Source: Botryllus schlosseri
Lineage: Eukaryota
Reading direction: 5' to 3'
DNA: 64,000 nucleotides
Assembly: GCA_051294905.1 (NCBI GenBank)
Contig: CM119380.1
Coordinates: 19,778,001 to 19,842,000 of the forward strand
Below, one piece after another: positions 13,873 to 26,300 of the stretch (position 1 is its first letter; every line of letters begins with the position of its first letter). The notes under the pieces are model-generated. The model made no database searches. It was not told the DNA's origin and saw only the letters and a program-made list of their open reading frames with translations. The position numbers were made by a program, and so were the translations under genes.

Positions 13873-16800
13873 TCACTTATACTTTAACACCCGGTACCTG
13901 TCCTTCAAGTTGACCGCGGTGCGATTTTCGAAGCGAAACCTCTCGAGGATACTTTTCCACATGCCATCGCCGAACAGCGTGACGCCGGCCAACAAATTAT
14001 CATCCTCGTCGGCAGTCCATTTTTTTCTGCTACTCTGCCGACGCCTGTCGCCACTCGCAAACGAGGCGGGGTCGAGTTTTTTAGGGGCGTCATCAAACAG
14101 TTTTGCATCATCTTTCGACATCTTCACGGGGACTCCCGGCGCGTCGTACAGCCTTCTTTTTCGGAGATATTTCGACGGCCCGTTTAAATCTGCTTCTTCG
14201 GACGATCGGTTACCTGCACTTGCTGTAGATCGCGTCAAGTAGGGTAGTGTTCGTTTTCCCGTACCCTTGTTATCGTCAACGACAGGCTCCTGCGATACCC
14301 GAGGCTGGGGTTTATCGTCCTGTATCTGTGGACTTGAAGACATGTTTTCACAAGCAGGCGACTTGGAAGTAGGCCGCTTTCGTACAGTACCCGAGTTTGC
14401 GACCGGTTGCAACTCGTGTGAACTAGTCCTACGTCGTCTCACATTTCTAAAAGAATACTTCCTAGGGGTAGGCTTGCGTTTTTCGGCTGAACTTTCTTTC
14501 GCGACATTGCTGGAACTTTCAAGATCTCCACCGGAAATAGGCGACTTCTCGGCGCTTGGTGTCTGTTGCATGTTTTCTGTGTCATCTACCGGTTCTATTG
14601 GAGTTGACGTCAGGACAGGCGAAGATGTTTCGCCGCCCGTCTCGGTATTGTCGGCAGACACACTTTTGCCGCAATCCAGTGCCTCGAGAAGTTCTTGGGT
14701 GGATTTCGGCTTCGACGTTGACGGTACGCCTTCCGCGGACATATCGCCACATTCCGTCGTCTGCTTGTCTGGCAGGTCGGGTGCCTAGAAGGAATTCAGT
14801 TCATTTCCCTATGCACCATCAAGTAAGAGCTCTAAAATGTCGTGGACATTGTAAAGAGAATTAGACAGTAGCCTATGTGGTGATCGAAGTAGTTCGGGTT
14901 ACTGACAGGTGTGGTCAAGTAATTCATTATTGTAACATCATTACTCGTGTATTTCTAATCAAGTACGAGTACCAGTAGGTATTCGGTAGGTATTTCGGTA
15001 AGTATTCTTAGCCTAGTTTTTGAAAACTATAGAAGTCGTCTAAAATCCGAACTGTTTAAGCAAGTGGTAAGTACTTCAAGCCCAAGTAACATGATTAGCA
15101 GCACTACAAATATGTACAATGTACAATAGGGTGGAGTGAAAATAACTTTTTTTCAAATCGAAAAAAGGGGGTTCTTAAATCTCGACAAATGACCTAAAAC
15201 CGCAATAAAATTGATTTTAGGGGATTGCCCCTATTTTCCAGCCGGCGATCCCCCAATTTCTGGGCGCGAGGGGGGGGGGGGTAAAATTGACCATCTCGAC
15301 AACCACTGGTCGTGCAGTCATGATATAGCTCAAAAGCTGCCAAAACACCATGTTTCTGTCTGTCTCAAGAAGAAAGGTTTCTCTATTGTGAACACAAAAC
15401 GAGTTACAGCCAAAAAACACTGAAATTTTGAAGCGGGTGAATGGCGGGAGTAACTAATAGGGTGGAGTGAAAAAAAGAAAAATTTGAATTTCAAAAAGTG
15501 CATTGATATTTGGTCTCAAATCTCGAATGAATTACTTCTATCATAATTTCAGGTTCCTGCACCCTCTAGTGGCCGTGCAATTTCACCGAACGAGCCGAAA
15601 ATAGCCAATTTTGCCATATCGAGATACCCGCTTATGCTAGAAAGCTAGTTTTGGGCTCAAAAGCTGCGGAAGCAACATGTTTCTATCTCACTTCCATAGA
15701 ACTTTGTCTTGAAAATGTAGAGAAAAAAGTTACAAGCAAATTATTGACTTTTAGATGGCCATTAAAATGTCGGTTGGTTTTACCAAGTTTGCAATGCCAA
15801 TTTGCATGTTACAATTTGTTACATTGCTGCTTTAACAACAAAATCTTGTTTGGCGGACCCACAAGTTGATTATGTGTAAGGCTGTGGCATCTAGGTATGG
15901 TGTGAACGTGAGGTTCACGTTCGCGTTGTGTGTGTGAACCTCAGAAATTTACAGGTTCACGTTCACAAACGAACCTTGGTAGGTTCTGCACTGTGAACCT
16001 TTTTCATATATTACAATTTTCACTTCATTATAACATCTTTGGTTGAAATTTGTTTTGAGGTATCATGTACATTAATATAGGCTATCACTTCGCTGAAATA
16101 TTGGGTTGGAATTAGCAATGTGACGTCACGAGATTCATGATAGCGTTCACACAGAACCTTTCAAAATGGTTCGCAATCACACGAACCTGAACCTTTCAGA
16201 GGTTCACACCATCCCTAGTGGCATCCCATCCCCCTAGGGCTTGATTATTCCTTGAACTATGAAGCGTACAAGGGTACGTACAAGTGTGTCAGCTATCCCA
16301 CCAACGTTTCGTGTGTTATTAATATGTCAATGCGTATCCCATTTACTTTTAGCTTTCATTTCAATGAAGGGGTGCATGAAGTAAAGTATGGCTAGTTAAG
16401 CGGGGAACAGAAGAAAGAAGTAGGCCTGCTTTAGCTAGCTGTTGGCATTTTCACTTGAAAGAGCTACTTCAGTTCATCTCAGTTAATTAGCAATGTCACT
16501 TCAAAACACCAGAAAGATTGCTTGGAAAATCTTGCACCGATGACAACTTGGATCACCTCTGACATAAAAGCATACTGCGTTCCACGCAATGTCCCTTGCG
16601 ATAGTCCTACTCACCGCCAGAGGTTCCTGAACCGTAACATCTCGACAGTCGCCCGATACGTCCTCAGTTTCGCTGAAAACGCTTTCCGTATCCTCGTTTG
16701 CAGTTAAATACGCTGACGACGCCGGCGACACCGATTCGGAAGTACCTGTCACCGTCAAAATATCGCTGAAAAATTCCGTAAACACAGTTGCGGCCAGCCA

Positions 16801-19800
16801 GAGATTCCAAATTAGATTTGAATCAGAATTATACCTACATCGTTTTTTTTTTTCCAAATTAGACTGGAATTCGAATTACAGATGCACGGCATTTTTCCAA
16901 ATCAGATTAGAATGACTGAATTCACGAACACTCGAAAATTGAATCAATTTCAGTTCATATCAAATCAGAGTTCATCCTCAAAAGCCCGAGAATGGCAAAT
17001 GTCTGCACAGAGCATCGCGCCATTTGTTCACAACCGCCGGTCAGTGGCAAGTTACCCGTCAGATATGTCAGGATTTTATATCTCAATTCCAAAATGCAAG
17101 AAGTTGGACGCTTTTCTAGTGAAGGGGCTCCAGAGGTGGTCAAAGTAGTCAAGAAAGCTACTCAAGTACGAGTAGAAGTACTCCTTCCACGAGCCACCTA
17201 AAACTGAAGTAGAAGTAGAATTTTGACCACCTCTGTTCGATATAATTTTCACTGTTGAAGCCTTGGAACCTTGATTGGCGGTATCGTAGCATACGAAACA
17301 TATGGTACAAAGCTGCGATTGTTAATCGACGGTGGACGTAGCACATTTCCAAAGTCATTATTATCCCACAACCTTATCACTAAGTGGAATGAAATCGGTA
17401 TGGTCGAAAAAATACTCAAGTATCTTTTATGATCTGGATAACTGGCATTATATTCTTTTTGGTGGCATACTCGGCACATGTTTGAGCTTTGACGTATTAC
17501 ATTCTGCTATGACCAGAGGTGGTCAAAGTAGTCAAGAAAGCTACTCAAGTAGAAGTAGCGACGAAAAAATATACTCAAGTACAAGTAGAAGTACTTTTTC
17601 AACAAGGCACCGAAAACTACTTGAAGTAGAAGTAGAATTGACTGACTTTAAATCTACTCAAGTAAGTAAGTAGATTTTAAAACAGTCTTAATTCGTTCGC
17701 ATGGACTGTCAAAAGCTGCAAATTGAGCTATGCGAAAGGAGCAGAGAGCTTGATTCGTATTGATGCATCCCAGGAGGTATCAATTTTCGACAGAATAAGC
17801 ATTCTTTCGCATCGTGGGATGCGAATTATAGTATTGATATGAAAATACGATACTATCCCCATGTTTACTAGAAGACCCCGTTTTAGAGAATATCATGGCA
17901 TGGCGCCCTACCCCATATTATAAGGCCCCAAGTTTAGGCAAAGAGCAATACGGAGAAGTTGTATCGGATACGGTTTCAACACTTTGCGCGATTAGTATAC
18001 GTTAATAACAAATATTGTGGATCATAAAAGTTATATTTAATCTAGCTTCATTTTCGGAAAGAATTGCTTTTATGCTTCAACATGTATGTTCTGCAGACAA
18101 AAGAACTGGGAGTAATTAGTACTCAAAGTATGATACTCGGAATTGAAAGCGAAATACAAATACCCCTTTACCTAAATTATATTCACTGATACTTTCGTGA
18201 AAACATATTTGTCACTCAGAGATCGAACTTTATATAGTTGTCAGCCGATGTGATGAAAGAAATATGTCGTACACGACAGAAATAGAATACACTAGGCCCG
18301 ATTTTGACATAAATCTTCTGACTGAACGTCTTCCGTTGAACGCGGTATCTGAACCACCTTGGCGTGTACGACATATTTCCTTCATAACATCGGCTGACAA
18401 CTGTATAAAGTTCGATCTCTGCGTGACTGCTGGAGCGTGAAGTTGCTGTGGAAATTTCAATATATTGCAGCTCCATTACGGCAGCGTTCAGACGGAACGG
18501 CTGCGGCCAAAATTTTTTTTTCATTTTGCCATTCAATTTGAGACCACGTCATTTTTAGAGTGCAGTGCCCCTTTAATTAGAGAAAGTAAACATCAAATTT
18601 TAAACGTATGTAGAAGTTTAAAACGCATTTATTTGTGTGGTGTCACAATTGAGAGTTCATGGTCTACTTTGGGCGTACGCCACAATAGTGCAAGTGCTAT
18701 AAGAAATTGCTCGGACAAGCTATATGCGAAAGCTACTGAGACTTTTACACAAACTTCGTTGAATTCCGACACTGCAATTAAGCGACAGTTGGCAGTACGA
18801 TAGAGGCTGTTGTAAATAGCAATGCCCGATTTCTTTCAAGGATGCCGAACAATCACAATCAGGTTAGTGTGCTTCAACAGGACTTCGCCTAGCAGAATCT
18901 TCGACAGAACCACGTATAAATATCTAGCATCAAAAAGACACCATTAAATTTACCAATATTACATTCAAGTTGGAAGCGTTTGTCGTAAACTCGCAATTAA
19001 ATTCAATCAAAGTCAATTTTGGTTTAGAAAGTCCGGCGGTCTGCAAAGTTTTTTTTTCAAAGTTTTACCGGTCTGCGCGGTCAAAAAGGTTGAGAACCAC
19101 TGCATTATACTGTTCTCCAGTAGTATTTTCAGCAAAACAAGATTAATATATTGGAATTAAAATTAATGTGCATAGAAAATTTCACGAACCAGATCAAAAT
19201 TAGATTACAGGCTAGCTAGGGAATCATCTAGTTGTACAAGTATAGCAGCAGCATATCAAACACCTACTTGCACGCAATTCCAGACGATTTCCGGGCGAGT
19301 CGGGCGCAGTAAAAAATTGCGCGCTACCGCACGCCGGCAGATCGTCGCAGGCTTTCACGTTATCTTCAAACGGCTTTCGAGCGACGCCGGAATTATCGCC
19401 GGACGAAGTTTCGCTGGAAAATGAAATTTCGGACTCCGGCAAGAGCTCGAGGTGGATCGAACCTTCGGTGATTTTAAACAGTTCGGCCGACATGGACGCG
19501 GCAGACTCGCTACTCTGACTGCCCTCGACCGGAGTGGATTCTTGATTCGACAAGCTCCCGATGACCTGTTCTGGCGACGCGCGCTTTTCACGGACACCGA
19601 TGTCTCGGTCCAAACCATCTCCTGGGTTACTTTGGTTCGAAATTCGACCAGACAGATTTTTACACGAGTCTTTCTCCGCCCCCGAATCCGGTACTTCCAA
19701 ATCGGGAGTCTCCTCGATTTCGGATTGCCTCGTGGATCCTGAACTCGCGTTTGAAATTTTAGAGGCTCGAGAACTAGCTTCGACTATCTTGTTCTCCCGC

Positions 19801-21701
19801 GATGCGACTCGGGTTAAATCGTTTGTATTTAACGACGGATTAGGTTTCGTTTTATTTGAAGCGCTTTCCTCTTTTGCATTTTGTGTGGACAGGTTGGAAG
19901 ACGCTCTGCTACGACCGTTTGGTAGCAGCTTTCCGTTTGCGTTCTCAACATATTCGGGTTCTGTAGATCTGCGTCGTAAACCGTGTATCGAGGGTAGACT
20001 TTCGTCGTCCGAAACGACAATGGCGGCTCCGGATGTTTGCGGTATATCTTTTTCTACTGGCGCAGGCGTCGTGTCGCGAGTCGGCGATGCATTGCTTTTA
20101 TTATTCAACCAGTCCAGAACAGTCTTGCGTTTTGAAGTTGTTTCATGACCGTCATCCGATAGATCGTCTATGTCAAACGTGCCTGCAGGCGACGCGTTCT
20201 TACTGCGATTCGGTTGTAAATTCGAATTTCCGGTCGACTGACGATCTTCCATAGTGCGATAAACATGAGTTAATATCGCCTCGTATTTATCAGAAGCCAC
20301 GATGTTCCCATCTTCGATTTCAACATCGCCCCTTCTACACAGTGTGCGCCAGCGATCCTTCAAATGGGTAGGCGTTCGGTAATCGGGAAACGGATACTTT
20401 CGGCATATATCGAGCCATCTTCTCCCGAATGCCCGCACCCCCATGATAATGTACGCGTCTTGCAAAGTGGTGAAGGTGTGCCTGGTACGCGAGGAGTACG
20501 CCGTACTTGTAGTAATGATCGACTGGTTTAGTGCGTTGTTAACTTTTCGGAATTGGATCGGAATTTTTAAGAGCTTGGAACTAGCCGTATGCAAACGCTC
20601 TTTTCCGATTTTTGTGCGAGACGGTGACGGAACCCCGGGTTTTGTATTATCATAGAACAAAGGAGGAGGCATGGCTTTGGGACTTGAAGTGACATTCCTG
20701 CTAGGATGAGAACTGACGCCTTTTAACGGTTGCAACCCGCTGTTTACTTCAGGCGTGAAGTATTTCGAGGTCACATCCGAAGCTCTGGCGGTACCCGGTT
20801 TGGAAACGTCACTGTCGCTATCTGAAATTACCTCGTTCTCTCGGTTTGTATTTGGCGGGACGTGTTTGGTGACCGATTCTGACGGTGCCATCGATTTAAC
20901 GTTCGTAATTTGGATCAATGTGATTTCGTCACTCGACGATCTCACTGCGTTTTTCTCTCTTTCTTTTAACTTGCTTCGATTTTTGACTGATCGCGGCTCC
21001 TCGGAAACTTCAGCCGACGATGCGGCCCCGTTCTCCGCCACAGAGTCTTGCTGTTTCATTGATTTTGTTTTGCGACTGTTTTTCTTCGAGTGGTTATCCA
21101 ACTTGTCTACTATTTTCTCTAAAAATGTACTCGGACATAGGAGCATGAACTTTTTAACGAGCTCTTTTATTCCTTCCGCATATTTGGTGTTGGACTTCAA
21201 CCATTTATCTGCAGGTAACAATCCCTTTAGAACACACTCACAGGCATGCTGTTGCGGCGAAGTCATCTTGTGTTTGTATCGTTTATAAAGAACTCTAGAC
21301 TCTGCTATGTTTTCCGACGATGCGATCACAGTTCGGGCTGACACTTTGTCAATCAACTTCTTCAGTATTTCTTTAGCTTCGCTATTGCTGCTCGCAGGTA
21401 ACTCGTCGACCGATTGCGAAGCGAGTTCCAGTTGGGAGATACCCTGCACCATAAATTGGTATCTCTCTTTGTACGTGACCTCTTCCTTTTGCTTGTGAGC
21501 TTGCTCGAAGCAGGTGAGAAACTCCAGAATATATTCCCGAATGTCCGATTGTCGTACCGACTGTGGTAGCATATGATGTGAATGATCCTTGATCACATTG
21601 TGGTAGTAATCAATGTCGACTTGGCCGGCCAAATACATTTGAATTGCATTGCAGACATGTTGCGTGTAGAGCCATTCAATAGGCTTTGCAAAGTCTTCCA
21701 T
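13873..21701 (-). CDS. TERF1/TERF2-like: Telomeric repeat-binding factor (TRF) family protein, ~1166 aa; TRFH-like domain plus two telobox Myb domains; exons 21701-19264, 16765-16615, 14784-13873
   Basis: The N-terminal ~200 aa resemble TRFH helices (EYILEFLTCFEQ; KELVKKFMLLCPSTFLEKIVDKL, compare TRF1 ...EKSSTFLMKAA). Myb 1 at ~20335-20495 reads ...GVRAFGRRW...RTPTHLKDRWRTL. Myb 2 at ~13876-14040 reads KKWTADEDDNLLAGVTLFGDGMW...RTAVNLKDRYRVL. Junctions are phase-compatible: AG|GTGTTT to TTTTCAG| (phase 2) and GCG|GTGAGT to TTCTAG| (phase 0). Confidence 0.82.
15892..16217. mobile_element. hAT-type MITE in TRF intron 2
   Basis: TIR tagg(t/g)atggtgtgaac / gttcacaccatcccta; 8-bp TSD GTGGCATC at 15884-15891 and 16218-16225; internal gaacc/ggttc subrepeats. 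Confidence 0.9.
17131..17670. mobile_element. Two copies or fragments of a MITE family with cagaggtggtcaaa termini and aagtag subrepeats
   Basis: 17131-17235 has inverted termini cagaggtggtcaaa / tttgaccacctctg. A second copy starts at ~17514. Related fragments lie at ~44780-44830 and ~48610-48770 (-). Confidence 0.7.
18211..18427. repeat. Long inverted repeat (arms ~65 bp, loop ~87 nt), MITE-like hairpin in TRF intron 1
   Basis: gtcactcagagatcgaactttatatagttgtcagccgatgtgatgaaagaaatatgtcgtacacg (18211-18275) pairs with 18363-18427 with few mismatches. Confidence 0.85.
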
Positions 21702-23317
21702 CTCGTCAAGAATATGGCAGAGCAGCCAGCCAAATTTATTCCCGCACTCGCCAGGATTGAAAAATTTTCAGAGCTAGTGTATGTTTAGTCCATGAACTAA
21801 GCATGATAAGAGTATAAGTATGATTTTAGGTGAAAGGCTCTGCTCCAGTGACTATAGAACATTAGCGGGTCTAAAAACCTTCAAGATCAAGACAGACAAT
21901 AAAATGAGAGCTGCCTTCGCTGTTGTCTCAACATGCAAGTATAGCTTTACGTGTTTACATTTTTTAAACAAAGTGATTTGACTCGAGTCGAGTCACTTAC
22001 CTAAATTGACTTGCTTGGAAAATTATGAAACGATTTTGTAAAATTTCCGGGTCTATTTTTCAGTCATCATATTCTACTCCACAGAGCATTCTGAACGTCT
22101 CAGTCGAACAGATGACTAATGACCACGGTATTGATACTATATAATAATTTCTTTACTGGGTTTCATTTTGATTTGATTGATAAAGTATTCTGAAATGACT
22201 ACATACTTGAGTAAAAAATGTCAGTGCCTCAAAATTCAGGATAGACTTGACCACACCACAACACTGTTAATCGCCGTTATAACATGGGCAATAAATAGCC
22301 GCTTTGATAACTAAGCCTGAAGTTCATAATCATAATAAAATCAGATTTGTATTTATAAGCTCCGATTGAAATACTAAAGGCCCCATAGCAGGGCATTTCG
22401 ACTCCTTCCTATCTTTTCATTTTATCGCATTTTTGTAGTGTTAAAATGATGAAAAACAAGTATTCTAACATGTGGAATTATTACGGTATTATTGATTGGA
22501 ATACGGAATATAGATCTGTATTTTATGAGCCGATTGTCCTTGCCCACTGTCCGGACTCCAGGCAGCGACTTTCCTTATTCTGCATGCAATCGCACCAACC
22601 TTCCTTGCTGTCACCGACCTTATCTGATAACGCTTATCAATAACAAACGATTAGCCTATTGTTTTGCAAATTGCAAATCACGCGGGAATCAAATGGACGA
22701 ATTCTGCCAAGAGATCGAGACTGCTGTAGAGCCATAATTACGAATATAGAATGAGCCAAGTTTTACCTTCTTAAATGCGGGTTCGTACAACCCACTACGT
22801 TCTGGTCATAAATTGGATGCTTAGAGTTCATCTTCCGGCAGACAGGATATCATACTGCATTTATACATTCCAACAGAAAAGTCGGAACAAAATGTTCGGA
22901 ACGAAATCCGTGTCCAGTTCGGGGTTAAATTTCATTCATTTGTATATCTTGGGTACTGAAATTTCGAAAATTATTAATTTCAACGTGATTCTAATGGGAT
23001 ATGAGGAAGGTTCGAAGCAAAAACGCCATCCCGACTGCTCAGTGATGGACTTGGACTGTTGAGCATTATCACAGATGCGGTTTCCGGCGATCTCCGGTTT
23101 CATTCATACTGTAGTTTGTTGTTGTAGTTGCAGCCAGCCTGCCGGTATGCAGTGTGAGATTGCTACTCCCACAGGCTACTTGCAGTTGGACGGCGCAAGG
23201 CAATGACTAACTAAATTTCTTGTGCCTTACTGCACACATATGATGATTGTTCGATCATTGTGTGATGCTTGATTGCAGGTTAGCGATGGGTATACGTTGT
23301 TGCAGCCGTCATCTCGC

Positions 23318-26300
23318 ATGAGATTATTTATTCCACTGGCCATACTTGCTGTATGTCGTACTGTCTGCTCAGGGAACTATACTGATGTTGCCAAGTTTAC
23401 TCCTCAACTCGAAATGGAAAGTGACCCAAGCCCGAAGGAAGTGAGTTCATTCATTTCTGTATAACATTCTATATTCTTCTTGAAGTTGAAGATTAAACTT
23501 ATAGAAAAGCCTCAGCGCTATGGCGCAATCTAATGTCTGAGCCCAATTCAATATAGCTCTGAAACCGTGTCACATCTCGGTACGTTTTGCCTGATATATC
23601 TGGTGAGCAGCGATGATTCTCCAAGTTGGAAGTTGAAGTAATTTTATAAAAAATATTTGAAAAATTAAACTTAGTGTAAGCACAGTAGGACACCGATTCC
23701 ATACAATTCTTCCTGGTTTTCAGACTGGAAACCGTGCTTGTTTTCGGAAATGAGATTGAACGTGACAAGGGTTCTTGCATAGAATAAGTAGGTGATCCGT
23801 AATTAAACAAAAAGTTGCGTGTGACGTTGCCACCAATTCTGCTCTCGCCTGGTTACAGCAGACTCCAGACTGAACGTTTTCAGAAGTTGTTATTTCAATT
23901 CTTGACTAAATGTATCCCTTTTAACGTTTTCAGTGTCGCAGCTACCACTCCCTGACGAATTCAACCGAAATATGCCACTTCGTATCTTCAGCAGAAGACT
24001 GCCAGATGGATGAGGGCTTCGTCAATTACATAAAATTTGCCCTTTGCCATGTCAAGCCAGAGATGCTTCCTGGTGTCTATGTCCTTTATGTACGTTTCCA
24101 AGTCAGCCTTATGATAGGGTTACCATATGTCCTCTTTTTTGACTTTTTTGAAAGTGTCCTCGGAGGACGCCCAAATGTCGTATTTTTTGATATTTTGTCC
24201 TCTTTTTAGAGAATTTTTGTTGAACATAGGTCAAAATTCGACTGAGATACAGTAAATCAGCACTGAAGTAACGCTCCGACGGCTATTCGGGAGCTGATCC
24301 GGAAATTTGAAATTTTTTTTGCAAGTCTGAAAATTCTGAAAAAGTGTGCTATTTTCAGATTTCCAAAATATGGTAACCCTACCTTATGATCTCATTTCAT
24401 GTCGATGTCACGGTATGCTGTCTTCGGATCAGTCAAAGGAAATCAATAGGAACTTGTCCATTGCTAGCAACTTTAAGTTTTGCAATACTGCAAAACAGCT
24501 AATAATATATTACAGGCTTAGAACCATTATTGGTCTATTCTTTAAACAGTTCTATGTTATGTGAACTGAGTACGTTTCATTCCGTGTTCTTGATATCACT
24601 TACAATACTTTGTAGGCATATCGTCAACGTGTATTTTGTGAGTTTAGCTAGCTAGCCTATACAAAGTCGTCAGATTTGAATCCTACAATTATTGCCTTTT
24701 TGTGTTGCAAGCGAGATCTGGTCTGGACTGGGTTGCCATACATCAGGATTTGCCCGGGCTTTTAGTGTTATAGTCTGCATCTGCGATGTCTGGGATTCTT
24801 GCAAATTCTATCATATTCCTGCTTTTATCTGGGTTGTCACTTTTCCCTAAATTTTTAGAGGTTGTGAACATTTACAGCCCGTCTGCTGTTCATCAGTAAC
24901 TTATCTACGGCGCTTTGCTACTTATTGTAAACAAATGTTACTATATCTGTAACTGTAATCGTGGGAGGGGATGTTCCTGGTATTGGCCGAAAATATGGAT
25001 TTTTGGAGTTTGGTCAGGTTTATTTGACTTTCTTGGTCATTTGCAACGCCAATGCTTGGTCATTTGCCATCTTTCCTGGTAATTTACAATCCAAGAGCAC
25101 CAACACTATCAAGCAAACTAGCAACTGTTGGTAGACCTATGTTTGATTTTTTCAATTTAGCGTCTTCATTATCTGCATATTTGATCAGTAAATACCGTGA
25201 TGCAATGTGATCAAATATTGTGCGTGCTTATTTTTGCATTCTATTTTTTGCAGGGTACTTGGCTTATTTATTTGTTCATCGCACTAGGAACCACTGCGGA
25301 GAGCTTGTAAGTGAATAAATGACTTGCTATATTTAATCTTAGTTGTTTACAGGCGTATCTATTTTTGTTTCCAGTTTCTGTCCTGCACTGGAATTCATCG
25401 CTCACAACTTGAAATTAAGCCAGAACATCGCAATATCCTTTTCAACGATATAATAATAAGTGTCTCTGTTGAATACATCAGAAATTATCATGATTTTACT
25501 ACATCTGTTATTGATTGAGGTCTGCATCAACTTTTGTATGCTTTCTTAACCCAATCTCCAATCAACGGAATAACCGTTGTTGCATTTGGAAATGGTGCTC
25601 CGGATATCTTTAGTGCCGTCGCTGCATTTACTAACAGCAATCCAAGCTCGTCAGGTGTAGCCATTGGAGCTCTATTAGGTAAATTATTGTACACGTTATA
25701 AAATATCTCCATGGTATGCTACTGTGATTGCATTCAGGGGCTGGAGTATTTGTCACTACCATAGTGGCAGGATCGGTTGCGATAACCACACCTTTCTCCT
25801 TGGCGCAGAGACCCTTCTTGAGAGATGTGATTTTTTATCTTGCCGCTGTTTTTTGGACATACTGTCTCCTTTATAAGGGACAGATCGATTTGAAAAACTC
25901 TTTGGGTAAGTGTTGCTGTACTCATGATACTCGCGAGTCTGGTCAGGACATGACGGCTCTGAAATATTCTGCGATCCATATAGATATAGTCACTTTTCCC
26001 GTTTATAACTTGGCAGCGCAATAATAATATATAAGAAGATATAAAGAGCAAAAGCTGTTCGGTGACTAAAAAATTCTAGTGTGAGCAGATGTACCAGTCT
26101 CGATGTCTGGGGCTGTCAGGTAGATTTGAAAAGCTGGTTTGGGACACTGCTTCAAAAATATTTGCTTGGCAACAAGCTTCTTAACACCTGAACACAACTT
26201 CATAATTAATTTGGTATCCCCGTCTGTGCCACAAATATTTGAGGTTCAAAAGTATATTTACCATTCTTAAAAGAGTACCATTGATTTCATATGACTGGAA

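Noticed and set aside
13873-14742. The 289-aa Myb ORF as a stand-alone gene
   Set aside because: It is preceded in frame by 14 codons and a good acceptor (TTCCTTCTAG| at 14785) that is phase-matched to an upstream exon. It is better explained as the last exon of the TRF gene, pending cDNA.
22492-22737. 81-aa Cys-containing ORF between the TRF and SLC8B1 genes
   Set aside because: It has no motif, no supporting splice structure and partly overlaps an R1 repeat flank.
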